56,002 nucleotides of DNA from a virus. Its lineage: Duplodnaviria; Caudoviricetes. The translations under genes were made by a program, and so were the position numbers. The stretch is taken from positions 1-56,002 of IMG/VR virus record IMGVR_UViG_3300021197_000758; one strand, given 5' to 3'. Below the pieces are notes generated by a model that did no database searches, had not been told where the DNA came from, and worked only from the letters and a program-made list of their open reading frames with translations. Of the stretch, positions 37,604 to 46,604 are shown piece by piece. Positions within the stretch are counted from its first letter, which is position 1. The number at the start of each line of letters is the position of its first letter.

Positions 37604-40009
37604 TTACTTAGGACCAAATTGGTCTAAGCTAAATCCACCAAGTACGTCATTCCCTGACGACTCAAAATTCTTTGGCAATAAGTTATTCTTTCTTTGATCA
37701 ATAAGCTCAGACTGTTGCGTTCCCTGCATCTTAAGTCTCTTATCTTTTCTATCCTCAACAGATTGCTCCTTGCCTGCTTCAGCACTAGCTCTTATTTGAG
37801 CCAACTGCATATTGAAGTTAAACTCCTCAGCCATAAGCTCTCTCTTTATTTGAGCCTCAGTTCTAAGTCTTTCTATCTCAAACTTAGACTTAGCCTGCTC
37901 TATACTTATCTTTTCAGCCGTAAGTGCTTGCTGCTTTTGAACATCTGTCATAGCTGTCTGCTCTGCTAACTGAGCGTTTGCCTGAGCTTGCGCTTGTATG
38001 TTTTGTTGTTGAGCTTGTTGTGCTGCAGCTACTTTTTTCTTTCTCCTATCCTTTAGCATCTCATTTGCCAACTGTAGGTTCTTAACTCTCCTTATGTCTA
38101 TAACATCTTCTAGGTCTATGCCTCCAGATTGAAGAGCTATTTGTATGTTTTGCTCTAGTTGAGCTTTCTCCTCGTCGTCTGGCTCCAATTCTAAGAATAT
38201 ACCAAAGTCGTGAAGATTTAAGTTAGATATCTCGTGTAGGGTAGCTGTATTAAACTTAGATATACTATTTACTAATGCGTTCTCTGTTAATGGAAACTCC
38301 AAAGAGTCAGCAACTCTCCTAGAGATGTTTTCGCACGCTCTAAGCGTCAAGTAGCAGCTTGCCTGAAGTATGTGCCTAGTTGCAACATTAGATTGATTAG
38401 CTGCCATCTTTTGAAGCCCTACTAGCGCATCTTTTGATGGTGCAGATCCGTCTCTAGCTTCATTCAATCCTGTTACGTCTCTAATCATTTGCAGGTAGTA
38501 CTGGTAAATACTAACCAAAGAGCTTATCTTGCCACCTCCATTTGATGAGTTTAACTCTTGAATTGGAATCTTACCTCTATTTAATTCCCCATCTTGAGTT
38601 AATGATCTACCAAGGACACTACCAGTTTGGAAGTACATATTTAATGCCTCTGCAGGATTGTAAGTAGTTCCATTTCCTAAGTCTACCTCAGCCAACCCAT
38701 CAACATCTAAGAATACTCCATCTGGAACCATTCTGGCAATAACTTGCTGAATTTTTATGTGAGTCAACTGAATCATATCAGCAAACCCAGTTATTCTACT
38801 AACTACAGAGTCTATCTTTCCGTTATACATCCTTGGCGCACATATAACGTAGTTCATCTCAACCTTAGATGTATCTCCATAGGGTCTAGTCATATTCTCA
38901 CTAAGTTCCCACTGTAGCATTATATTGCTTCCTAGTATCTTAGCCCCAGAATACAGAACCTCAATACTTCTTGATACCTTCTTGAATGTATCGCTCTCAG
39001 GTGGATTAAAATTGTCGTCTTTTTGTATGACCTTCTCTAATCCATTAGGACCTTGCTTTATTTTAAAAACCTGATTATTATAAGTCTTGTACTCAAAGTA
39101 AAGGACTTGAACTGTATTTTCATCATAACCTCTCCACCCAGAAATGTATTCCTTATTTCCAGGCATACTTTCTATCCTCTTAAGGTCTTCTTGGCTTATG
39201 TTTGGGAACTGCTTCTTAAGCTCTGGTATAGATACCGACTTAACTTCTCCAACATAATATATATCTTCAAAGTTCGGATCTTCACTGTAAGAGTAAACCA
39301 TGTTCGCTGGGTCGCAGTAATCAGCCTTAACTCCATTCGATTTATTCCAAGTTGTTTTAACTGCACCTATTCCAAGAACTGTTAAGTCGTAGTTAAACCT
39401 TTTTCTTACCTCATCAAACTTGTTCTTATCTAAAACGTAGTTTATAACTTCTTCTTCAGCTATTTCTACAGACTGCTTGTAGTCAAGTTGCATATGAAGA
39501 GACAGTTCCTCTTTTGTTTCTGGTAAAGACGCTGGATCGCTAGTGCTAAAACCATTAACTCCAAGATTTTCTTGAAGCATCATCATCTCTTCCTTAGCTG
39601 CCATATCTTCCATTATAGAAGTGGCGTACTTAGTTCTCTTTTGTATTGATTCTGGATCTTGAGCATAAGCACTTATCTCGTACTTCTTTTCAGTTATTCC
39701 ATTAGCAACAATATCCACGAACTTTGATATCACAGGCACTGGTTTCCAATCTAAGTTCAAGTAAGATAAGTCTCCATTTATAGCCAACTCGTCCTTGTAC
39801 TTCTGAACAGGCTGCTCACCTCTAGCGTAAAGTCTAAGAGTATGAAACCTGTTATAGTTTGTAGAGAATCTACTTCCAGTACCTCCCTGATTAAACCACT
39901 CAGATTCAATAGCTCTACCTACCTGCGAACCATACTCAGGAGTATTCTTCTCTATGTCACTAACTACTTGGCTAGGAAATGCACTATTTGGGTTTGCGCC
40001 TACATTCAT
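37604..40009 (-). CDS. portal protein (801 aa)
   Basis: Directly after the terminase; GLNEARDG motif and long Q/A-rich C-terminal coiled coil typical of podovirus portals. Confidence 0.8.
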   Translation of the reverse strand: MNVGANPNSAFPSQVVSDIEKNTPEYGSQVGRAIESEWFNQGGTGSRFSTNYNRFHTLRLYARGEQPVQKYKDELAINGDLSYLNLDWKPVPVISKFVDIVANGITEKKYEISAYAQDPESIQKRTKYATSIMEDMAAKEEMMMLQENLGVNGFSTSDPASLPETKEELSLHMQLDYKQSVEIAEEEVINYVLDKNKFDEVRKRFNYDLTVLGIGAVKTTWNKSNGVKADYCDPANMVYSYSEDPNFEDIYYVGEVKSVSIPELKKQFPNISQEDLKRIESMPGNKEYISGWRGYDENTVQVLYFEYKTYNNQVFKIKQGPNGLEKVIQKDDNFNPPESDTFKKVSRSIEVLYSGAKILGSNIMLQWELSENMTRPYGDTSKVEMNYVICAPRMYNGKIDSVVSRITGFADMIQLTHIKIQQVIARMVPDGVFLDVDGLAEVDLGNGTTYNPAEALNMYFQTGSVLGRSLTQDGELNRGKIPIQELNSSNGGGKISSLVSIYQYYLQMIRDVTGLNEARDGSAPSKDALVGLQKMAANQSNVATRHILQASCYLTLRACENISRRVADSLEFPLTENALVNSISKFNTATLHEISNLNLHDFGIFLELEPDDEEKAQLEQNIQIALQSGGIDLEDVIDIRRVKNLQLANEMLKDRRKKKVAAAQQAQQQNIQAQAQANAQLAEQTAMTDVQKQQALTAEKISIEQAKSKFEIERLRTEAQIKRELMAEEFNFNMQLAQIRASAEAGKEQSVEDRKDKRLKMQGTQQSELIDQRKNNLLPKNFESSGNDVLGGFSLDQFGPK

Positions 40010-42222
40010 TTATTTATTATTTTTGAAAATTGTCCAGAGTTATCGTATCTCTTTAACCCTAGATTTATGTTTTTTACCGTAACTCTATTGATAGGTGCGT
40101 ATCTATTCTTATTGCAAGCCATTATGGCTAAACCAGAACTTATCGATGCATCGTGAGCTGTTCTATTATTTATGTTAAATCTAGCCCAATCCTCTAAAGT
40201 TCTTTGAAAATAAATATCTCCCATTTCATCATCTCCAAGAACACCAACCAATTCTTCAATATACGTTTCAATTGCGGATGCGTGAGCCTGCTTAATGTCC
40301 TCACTACTGTTTGGTATCCCACCAATTTCTCTCTCAGTAACAGATAGCTTAGTGTAAGCCTTGTCTGGTCTATTCATTGAGAACCCTCTATATCCTCTAT
40401 TTTTTAGATGGTATAGAAGTCTTGGCTTGTTATTCTCTGCTAGTATTGGCATTCCGTAAAACACTAAAGACATTAGAACGTCTTCAAAAAATATTTCTGC
40501 AGTCTGCGGCCTAGCTATGTACTCTAAAAAAAATCTATTTGATGGAGCATCTTCCATACTGAACTTAGTTAATCCGTGAAGAGACCCCTTAGATCCCTTG
40601 TTGTCAACAGTTCCAGATATGTCATATGGGTCACACCCAAAAGCTCCAAGATGTTCATTTCCAGGATACTTTACTCCATTTTTGATTACAACTCTATTTT
40701 GTAGACTTACTGGAGGTATCCAGGATAGGTGAAATCTTCCAGCTCTATCTGGTGAAAAGACAACCTTAGTGTCTTGTATTCCATTCTCCCAATGAAAGTT
40801 CCCAATTGTAACTAATGAACTTGCTTTCATCCCCTCGTTGTGATCTATCTGTTGATATATCTTTGTCAAGTTAAATAGAGATTGCTTTGCTTCATCTCTA
40901 AATGCGTGCTGCTCAGTTCTAGGGAACTGTCTATAAAATTCATTAAGACCGTCTTGATCACTCTTTAATCCATCTACCTCATTATTCCAATACTGTATTA
41001 CACCTTGCTCAATATTGTATCCATGCGTGTCTTTAAGTGGCTTTTCTGGTGTATCGAAGACAGGTATTCCATAAGAATCAATGTATCCTTCGTAGTTCCA
41101 CTCCATAGGTATAAACAAAGAGTATAATCCAGAAGCAGTTTGTCCATTACTGTTTCTATTTGTGACATCTGATGCATAATATAATTTCTTAAAATTATCT
41201 CCTCCTTTATCAAGTGCATTACTTGTTGAACCCATCATGCACTTACCTATAATCTTACTACCAAGCCTTAAGCAGGTCCTAGTAACTCTCCAGTTATTTA
41301 ATATATTATTAGGTCTCTCCCACTTTCCAGACTCGTCATGAACTAGTAGCTTTAATTTTTCTCCATCATAGGAGTTGTCACCTGTATTTTTCCAGTCAAT
41401 TGTAGTATCAAGCCCTTCGAGATCCTCTTCTCTTTCATTAGAGTTAAGCTTCCTTCTTGTAAGTTTTGAAGCTGGCACTCTATACGCAAGTTCCGTTTTT
41501 GGTCTGTCCATACCATCTTGGATCGGCTTGAAGAAAAATGGATAGTTAACTGAGATTGGGACAATCTTGTCGGTAAACATTTTTTTCGCATCAGGTCCTG
41601 ATTTTGATAAAACCCCAAACCTTGAGTCTGCTGACATTGTTGCAAGATTAGCTGTCTCTCCTGACGCCATGAACGAAAATCCACTCCGTCTGTTTTTAAG
41701 GTAGCACATTCCAAAACATCTAACGTCAGCTTTGCAGGCTTCCCAGAATATATAGAAGAGTCTGTTTGACTCTCTAAAGTCTGCATACCCAACATCAATC
41801 TTTGACCATTGCAGATACATATAGTGAGAGCCAGTAATATAAGTAGGCTGACCCTTATTAACAAACCAAAATCCGTGTTCTCTTTTTTCAAATTCTTTTT
41901 CAATGTAATCGTACCACTTTTCTTGAAAATCTTCGGGGTATTCCCTCCAGTCAAATATAGTTTTAATCCTATCTAATTCCTTTGGAATATCGCCCCTACT
42001 CCACCTATTATCCTTAAATTTATGAACGCTAAATTCTGCAGGAAGAGCTATCTTTAAGTTTTGTATTTCGTAAACATCGCCTATGGTTCCGTTCTTACTA
42101 ATAATAACCATGTCGTGGTCCTTGTCGTAGCCGTACTTCCACTTCTTTAAACGATTGTTCTTTTTTATTGTAGATGGCTTTACATAACCATCTAATATTT
42201 TATATAGAGTTTGCTCGTACAT
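40006..42222 (-). CDS. terL: terminase large subunit (~738 aa)
   Basis: Walker A-like LKNRRSGFS, Walker B LLVHDESGKW, GSTSN coupling motif, nuclease FGCDPYD and HDA; ATG 42222 lies just after the upstream stop. Confidence 0.9.
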   Translation of the reverse strand: MYEQTLYKILDGYVKPSTIKKNNRLKKWKYGYDKDHDMVIISKNGTIGDVYEIQNLKIALPAEFSVHKFKDNRWSRGDIPKELDRIKTIFDWREYPEDFQEKWYDYIEKEFEKREHGFWFVNKGQPTYITGSHYMYLQWSKIDVGYADFRESNRLFYIFWEACKADVRCFGMCYLKNRRSGFSFMASGETANLATMSADSRFGVLSKSGPDAKKMFTDKIVPISVNYPFFFKPIQDGMDRPKTELAYRVPASKLTRRKLNSNEREEDLEGLDTTIDWKNTGDNSYDGEKLKLLVHDESGKWERPNNILNNWRVTRTCLRLGSKIIGKCMMGSTSNALDKGGDNFKKLYYASDVTNRNSNGQTASGLYSLFIPMEWNYEGYIDSYGIPVFDTPEKPLKDTHGYNIEQGVIQYWNNEVDGLKSDQDGLNEFYRQFPRTEQHAFRDEAKQSLFNLTKIYQQIDHNEGMKASSLVTIGNFHWENGIQDTKVVFSPDRAGRFHLSWIPPVSLQNRVVIKNGVKYPGNEHLGAFGCDPYDISGTVDNKGSKGSLHGLTKFSMEDAPSNRFFLEYIARPQTAEIFFEDVLMSLVFYGMPILAENNKPRLLYHLKNRGYRGFSMNRPDKAYTKLSVTEREIGGIPNSSEDIKQAHASAIETYIEELVGVLGDDEMGDIYFQRTLEDWARFNINNRTAHDASISSGLAIMACNKNRYAPINRVTVKNINLGLKRYDNSGQFSKIINK

Positions 42223-42223
42223 A

Positions 42224-42508
42224 CTATGGAGTTTTTGCTCTACCTTCAGCGAATCCTTTGAAATTGTTCTTTGCTTTAGGCTCCTCTTTTGGTCTGTCAT
42301 TAAGCATATCGTCTTCGTCTTGTATCCTCTTTAGTATCTCAAAAGCATCAAATATTGCTAACTTCTTTGTAGCAGCAGCATTCTTAAGCTTGTCTGCCGT
42401 TAAATCGTCATCCTCATCTATAATTGGCTCTTGAGCTACTTTTATCAATTCTTCAACTGCTCTTTGCCCAGCTAGGATTATACTCTTTTTCGTCTCCTTT
42501 ACGTCCAT
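42224..42508 (-). CDS. putative terminase small subunit (94 aa)
   Basis: Small helical protein directly upstream of terL; positional inference only. Confidence 0.45.
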   Translation of the reverse strand: MDVKETKKSIILAGQRAVEELIKVAQEPIIDEDDDLTADKLKNAAATKKLAIFDAFEILKRIQDEDDMLNDRPKEEPKAKNNFKGFAEGRAKTP

Positions 42509-43049
42509 GTTTCGCTACGATATTATTAAATTTCATTCCATATAGTAGTTCGCCATCTATTACGAAGACAAACTCTGATGTTGGTCTAAAAGAGACTAAG
42601 TCTCCCTCCTTAACGCTAATTTCACTAAGCTTCTTGTTTCCATGCTTAAGTATGCCCATTAGCGGCTTTTCTGTAGTCAAAGAGAATACGTCATCAGTTA
42701 CTATCGGTTTAACGAAGCAGTAATCTAAATGAGTGTTATTCTTCCCATACATATATATCTGCTCAGGAGAACATATATACATATCTTCATTTATAAAGCT
42801 TCGACTATTTTTCTCTAAACCTCTAATGTCATAGAACCTTCTAAATACATTGTGGTGAACTATAACCCTGTCGCCAACCTTTATGTCGGTATCCATTGAT
42901 AATGGAAGACCTACTACTTCAGCTACTTTACTTACGCTTTTAAACTCTTCTATTCTTGTGTTTATCACAAGGTCTACATCTCCAACCTTTACCGTGTTAT
43001 TGTATCTGCCATCAACAGGCTTTACAATAAAGTCATATATGCTTCTCAT
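42453..43049 (-). CDS. tandem GroES/Cpn10-like protein (198 aa)
   Basis: Two GroES-like units: FIVKP..AEVV..IKVGDRVI and CFVKP..GIL..VKEGDLVSF..IDGELL. Confidence 0.6.
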   Translation of the reverse strand: MRSIYDFIVKPVDGRYNNTVKVGDVDLVINTRIEEFKSVSKVAEVVGLPLSMDTDIKVGDRVIVHHNVFRRFYDIRGLEKNSRSFINEDMYICSPEQIYMYGKNNTHLDYCFVKPIVTDDVFSLTTEKPLMGILKHGNKKLSEISVKEGDLVSFRPTSEFVFVIDGELLYGMKFNNIVAKHGRKGDEKEYNPSWAKSS

Positions 43050-43276
43050 TAGTAATGCAAATCATATTCAACAGATATTGCCATATTGGAATTAAATTTC
43101 TTCCAAGGCAAAGTTTCCCCATCCTTTTCGATGTAGATGTTATAAGAATTATCCTTCTCGTCAAAAAGAATATTGGATATTTCATGACCACCGTACACGC
43201 TCTGACCAACAGAGTAGTGCATCGCATCATTTTTATAATCAGAACCAATGCTGATTTTTCTTACAACACTACTCAT
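43049..43276 (-). CDS. hypothetical protein (75 aa)
   Basis: TAATG-coupled on both sides. Confidence 0.75.
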   Translation of the reverse strand: MSSVVRKISIGSDYKNDAMHYSVGQSVYGGHEISNILFDEKDNSYNIYIEKDGETLPWKKFNSNMAISVEYDLHY

Positions 43277-43512
43277 TATTTCGTAGGTTCTTCTTCTATT
43301 TTAGAATATGACCCATCACTTAGATCAATATTAACTAATCCGTACTTCTCTTCAAGTTCAGCTTTCGTTTCCTCAACATCCTTATTAACACCAATAAAAA
43401 CTTGCATAAGTTCGTGCTTTCTAAGTTCTAGTGTTCCTAAGTCTTGCTTTATTTTAGCTATAGTTGACTGCTGCTCTCTTATTTTTTCTAATTCTTCGTC
43501 TGTTATTCTCAT
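43276..43512 (-). CDS. hypothetical coiled-coil protein (78 aa)
   Basis: AT-rich leader, coupled to the next gene. Confidence 0.75.
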   Translation of the reverse strand: MRITDEELEKIREQQSTIAKIKQDLGTLELRKHELMQVFIGVNKDVEETKAELEEKYGLVNIDLSDGSYSKIEEEPTK

Positions 43513-43533
43513 TTGATTAAATTTAATTAAATT

Positions 43534-43998
43534 CTACTTATTACTATTATTACTTATGTTTTTCCATTTTTCTGCTCCTCTAGAACCAAAGTATGCAACA
43601 TATACAGTTGTTAACAACATTTGCAATAAATCAATCCAAGCATCTTTTACATTGAATGAAGACATTGCGTAGCTATCTATTAACACAAAGATAGTCATTG
43701 ATAAAGTTAAAAATATCAATGATATTGGTCTAGTGTTTTTAGATAACCAAGAGTCTGAACCCATATCGGCTTTCCATCTTTCACTAACTTCACTCATTTC
43801 GGCCATGTCCATTTCAATCATCTTCATAGCCATCTCCTTATCTTCTTTAGACATAGAGTGATCTTTAGAAATTAAGTTCTTTATTACACCTAATCCACCA
43901 GAGCTAGGCAACACGTCACCTATTGTATCTAGTATCTGTGGAGCTTTTTCTTTTAAGAAAATTCCAACTTTAGTTTCTGATAATTTTTTCTTAGACAT
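43534..43998 (-). CDS. holin-like membrane protein (GTA 3TM-holin type)
   Basis: SERWKADM.SDSWLSKNTRP, two hydrophobic helices, YFGSRGAEK. Confidence 0.75.
   Translation of the reverse strand: MSKKKLSETKVGIFLKEKAPQILDTIGDVLPSSGGLGVIKNLISKDHSMSKEDKEMAMKMIEMDMAEMSEVSERWKADMGSDSWLSKNTRPISLIFLTLSMTIFVLIDSYAMSSFNVKDAWIDLLQMLLTTVYVAYFGSRGAEKWKNISNNSNK
43542..43557 (-). promoter_or_regulatory. putative late-promoter motif ATAAGTAATAATAGTA
   Basis: Identical 16-mer at 50007-50022; both lie 30-35 nt upstream of a gene start. Confidence 0.5.
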
Positions 43999-44341
43999 TA
44001 TACTTACTATTTTTGTATTTAGTACCTGACTTTTTATATGCCTCAGCCTCCCATGGAGAATTAGATGGACTAGCCATAGCTATTTTTTTTGATGACTTTG
44101 AGTAAGTCTTACCTTTCCAGTAAATGTTTCTGTCATCGTAGTCAAGATCACCTCTAGATATTTGATTGATGTGAACCATTTCGTGACCTATAACCTCGTT
44201 ATGGAATTTAGGATCAAGCTTCTCGTTAATCAATATCGTTCCATTCCTATTACTCTGACCAAGGACTCCAGGTCCCAAGTCAGCTTCGTAAACTTGGGCC
44301 GACTCACTCATGTATGGTGGGTTAGATAACTTAAATCCCAT
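43991..44341 (-). CDS. small zincin metallopeptidase-like protein (116 aa)
   Basis: GTILIN..GHEMVHINQ..PWEAEAY (HEXXH plus downstream E). Confidence 0.75.
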   Translation of the reverse strand: MGFKLSNPPYMSESAQVYEADLGPGVLGQSNRNGTILINEKLDPKFHNEVIGHEMVHINQISRGDLDYDDRNIYWKGKTYSKSSKKIAMASPSNSPWEAEAYKKSGTKYKNSKYNV

Positions 44342-44877
44342 TATTTATTTTTTAACTCTTCTCTTCTTAACCCTTCGTTATTATAAGAATTAAATCTTTC
44401 CATAGTAGACTTAGTTTTAGAAGAACCAGGTATGTTGCTGTAAGAGCTTGATCTTGCGTCAAACTCTTCAAACTTTTTAAATAACTCTTTGTCACTTAAA
44501 GTTTTTGCTACATCTTCAGCAGTTTGTGTGTTATACATCTTTCCTTCGTACTCAAACTCTTTCTTACCAGCTTTTCTATTTTCTGCAAACGACTCTCTAA
44601 ACCCTTTCTTTTCATCACCACCCATCATTTTTGGGCCGCCCATATGTTTTTTTATTTGACATCCGCCCTTCATCATTGGCCCACCTTTCATCATAGGCTT
44701 GTCGTAAGATCCCATTGATGTTCCTGACATATTAATGTCTGAAATTGCGATTGCATTAAGCCCTTCAGCCTTCTCTTTTGCTTTTGAAGACACTTCTTTA
44801 CCTATTTTTTCAGAATTTTTAATGTAACCTTCTGCAAGTCTATTATCTACAAATAGTTTTGGTTTTGAATAACTCAT
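44341..44877 (-). CDS. hypothetical basic protein (178 aa) sharing its N-terminus with the 870-aa ejection protein
   Basis: MSYSKPKLFVDNRLAEGYI..KIG leader; PMMKGG repeats; FRESFAENRKAGKKEFEYEGKMYNT module. Confidence 0.75.
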   Translation of the reverse strand: MSYSKPKLFVDNRLAEGYIKNSEKIGKEVSSKAKEKAEGLNAIAISDINMSGTSMGSYDKPMMKGGPMMKGGCQIKKHMGGPKMMGGDEKKGFRESFAENRKAGKKEFEYEGKMYNTQTAEDVAKTLSDKELFKKFEEFDARSSSYSNIPGSSKTKSTMERFNSYNNEGLRREELKNK

Positions 44878-44902
44878 ATTTATATATATTTATTGTTTGT
44901 TT

Positions 44903-45169
44903 TTACCACTTAACTTTGTCCGCCCAGTAAGCAGCAGACATCTTACCTTTAGCTATATTCTTTCCGTGTCTAGCCTTAAAACTCTTTCGCTTTGCTTTCA
45001 TTTTATCAGACTCTCCTGCTTTTGGTTTACCAGCCGTACTGGCTCCCTGCTCTCCAAATCTAATTATCTTTTCCTTTCCATTTGAGCAAGCTTTTACAAT
45101 GTGAGACTTCTTCGGATGACCAGTTGTTCTCTTTGGCTTATTGCAAGCCATTTTAGATTTATCTACCAT
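44903..45169 (-). CDS. small basic conserved viral protein (88 aa)
   Basis: KIIRFGEQG..RKSFKARH..SAAYWA..W pattern. Confidence 0.75.
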   Translation of the reverse strand: MVDKSKMACNKPKRTTGHPKKSHIVKACSNGKEKIIRFGEQGASTAGKPKAGESDKMKAKRKSFKARHGKNIAKGKMSAAYWADKVKW

Positions 45170-45522
45170 TACTTTTTATTTTTCTTAACACTAGAAACTC
45201 TGCTACCCATGCCAACCTTAGACTTCTCTCTCTTCTTTTTTGCAAGTTCAGACTTACTCATCTCTGACTTAGTTACAGGAGTTTTTGACGACACTCTCTT
45301 TGAAGGTCTGCAGTACTCGTTCTTTCCTCCAGCTCCGCAAGCTTTACCAGTTCTGGTATCAACCCACTTCTCTTTCTCCCACCTTTTCAAACTTGTTCCA
45401 CTGCTAGATTTCTTTACTGAACCACTAGCCTTTCTACACTTAGCTATAGCCTGAGAAGCTCTCGCTGATGGAAACACATCGTATGAAGCCTTTACTTTTT
45501 TATAACAAGCATCTTTAGGCAT
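45169..45522 (-). CDS. small basic Cys-containing viral protein, DUF5872-like (117 aa)
   Basis: FPSA.AS, LKRWEKEKWVD..CG..YCRP.KRVS.KTP.T. Confidence 0.7.
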   Translation of the reverse strand: MPKDACYKKVKASYDVFPSARASQAIAKCRKASGSVKKSSSGTSLKRWEKEKWVDTRTGKACGAGGKNEYCRPSKRVSSKTPVTKSEMSKSELAKKKREKSKVGMGSRVSSVKKNKK

Positions 45523-45980
45523 CAGTATATCTCGTATTTAGTTACACCATTATCTCTATACGCTCTTAAGCAAATATTTCTATTCTTTTCTTCAGATACA
45601 TACGACACATGAACCCAATCAGGATTAGTGCTTGATCCAAATTCCCATATAAGCTGATCGAAACTTAATTCGTTTTTTATGTAGTTAAACATATCCGCAT
45701 TAGACATATGGCCATGTGTGTCATCTAAGTCCATAGCCCTGCCCTCCATGTGTTGAGATTTTTTACTTCCTCCCAGCTTTTTGTTAAGAGCCTTTGACCT
45801 GAAGAAGCTATTTATCCGTATTGGACCACCCACAGCTCTTCTAAGAGGCTCAAATACTTTTTTGGCAATAATCTTCATCCTTTCTAATTCAGTCTGTCCT
45901 GGATCGTTATTTATGCCATATCTCGAAGCTGTATTACTTCTAGTGGCTTCCTTATATGATATGTGGTCACTTATCTTCAT
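45522..45980 (-). CDS. peptidase M15A-family endolysin (152 aa)
   Basis: INSFFRS..LN..GG..SQHMEGRAMD..DQLIWE..WVHVSY (Zn ligands H, D, H). Confidence 0.88.
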   Translation of the reverse strand: MKISDHISYKEATRSNTASRYGINNDPGQTELERMKIIAKKVFEPLRRAVGGPIRINSFFRSKALNKKLGGSKKSQHMEGRAMDLDDTHGHMSNADMFNYIKNELSFDQLIWEFGSSTNPDWVHVSYVSEEKNRNICLRAYRDNGVTKYEIY

Positions 45981-46134
45981 TCTTAGTATTTTTAGCTGCA
46001 GAGTACCACTTGAAAGCAGTATACCCTATAGTTGTCAATAATAGAACTATTTTCAAAACTACCTCTATGCTAGATAACGACAATGCCATTACCGCAGAAT
46101 TTATAATGTATAATTTCAAATCAGCGTAGTTCAT
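45967..46134 (-). CDS. small membrane protein, holin candidate (55 aa), not in the ORF track
   Basis: Read by hand: MNYADLKLYIINSAVMALSLSSIEVVLKIVLLLTTIGYTAFKWYSAAKNTKNEDK; hydrophobic core, charged tail, overlaps the endolysin start. Confidence 0.65.
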   Translation of the reverse strand: MNYADLKLYIINSAVMALSLSSIEVVLKIVLLLTTIGYTAFKWYSAAKNTKNEDK

Positions 46135-46141
46135 ATCACTC

Positions 46142-46345
46142 TTAGTAATTAAAGCCCTTAGCTCTTTCCGTTACTGGTCCTCTAGCACAAGCAGGTTGAT
46201 TTTTAGCTAAAAGTTTAATTCCGTTAGATCCATTACTAGACCCCTTTCCTTTTGGCATCATAGACACATCTAAAGGTCCATTCCATATTGCATCATATCC
46301 TTGCTCGTTAGCATATTGTCTTGGCTTCATTTCTTTACCTTTCAT
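46142..46345 (-). CDS. hypothetical protein (67 aa)
   Basis: ATG ORF with A-rich leader, in operon. Confidence 0.65.
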   Translation of the reverse strand: MKGKEMKPRQYANEQGYDAIWNGPLDVSMMPKGKGSSNGSNGIKLLAKNQPACARGPVTERAKGFNY

Positions 46346-46356
46346 GTTTTTTATTT

Positions 46357-46599
46357 TTAGTATCCTCTAGCAATATCGCTACCATAAACATAATCCGCAG
46401 CACCTCTAACTGATGGAGAAAAGTTTGGGGCAGTTGCGTTAACCATTGGGTCAATTTGAACTTGTTGTTGTTGGGTTGTTGATGGGTTTGGAACCATAGC
46501 TGGCTGACTAGGTCTCATACCTAAAGATGATAACTCTTGGTCTGTAACACCTAATGTATTCGCAGGCGTTGCTCCTAATTGATTTAGTACATTCTTCAT
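46357..46599 (-). CDS. hypothetical low-complexity protein (80 aa)
   Basis: ATG ORF in operon, P/Q-rich. Confidence 0.65.
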   Translation of the reverse strand: MKNVLNQLGATPANTLGVTDQELSSLGMRPSQPAMVPNPSTTQQQQVQIDPMVNATAPNFSPSVRGAADYVYGSDIARGY

Positions 46600-46604
46600 G
46601 TTTA

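Noticed and set aside
42223-42300. N-terminal extension of the terminase ORF
   Set aside because: Overlaps the upstream gene; ATG 42222 directly after its stop fits the coupling pattern
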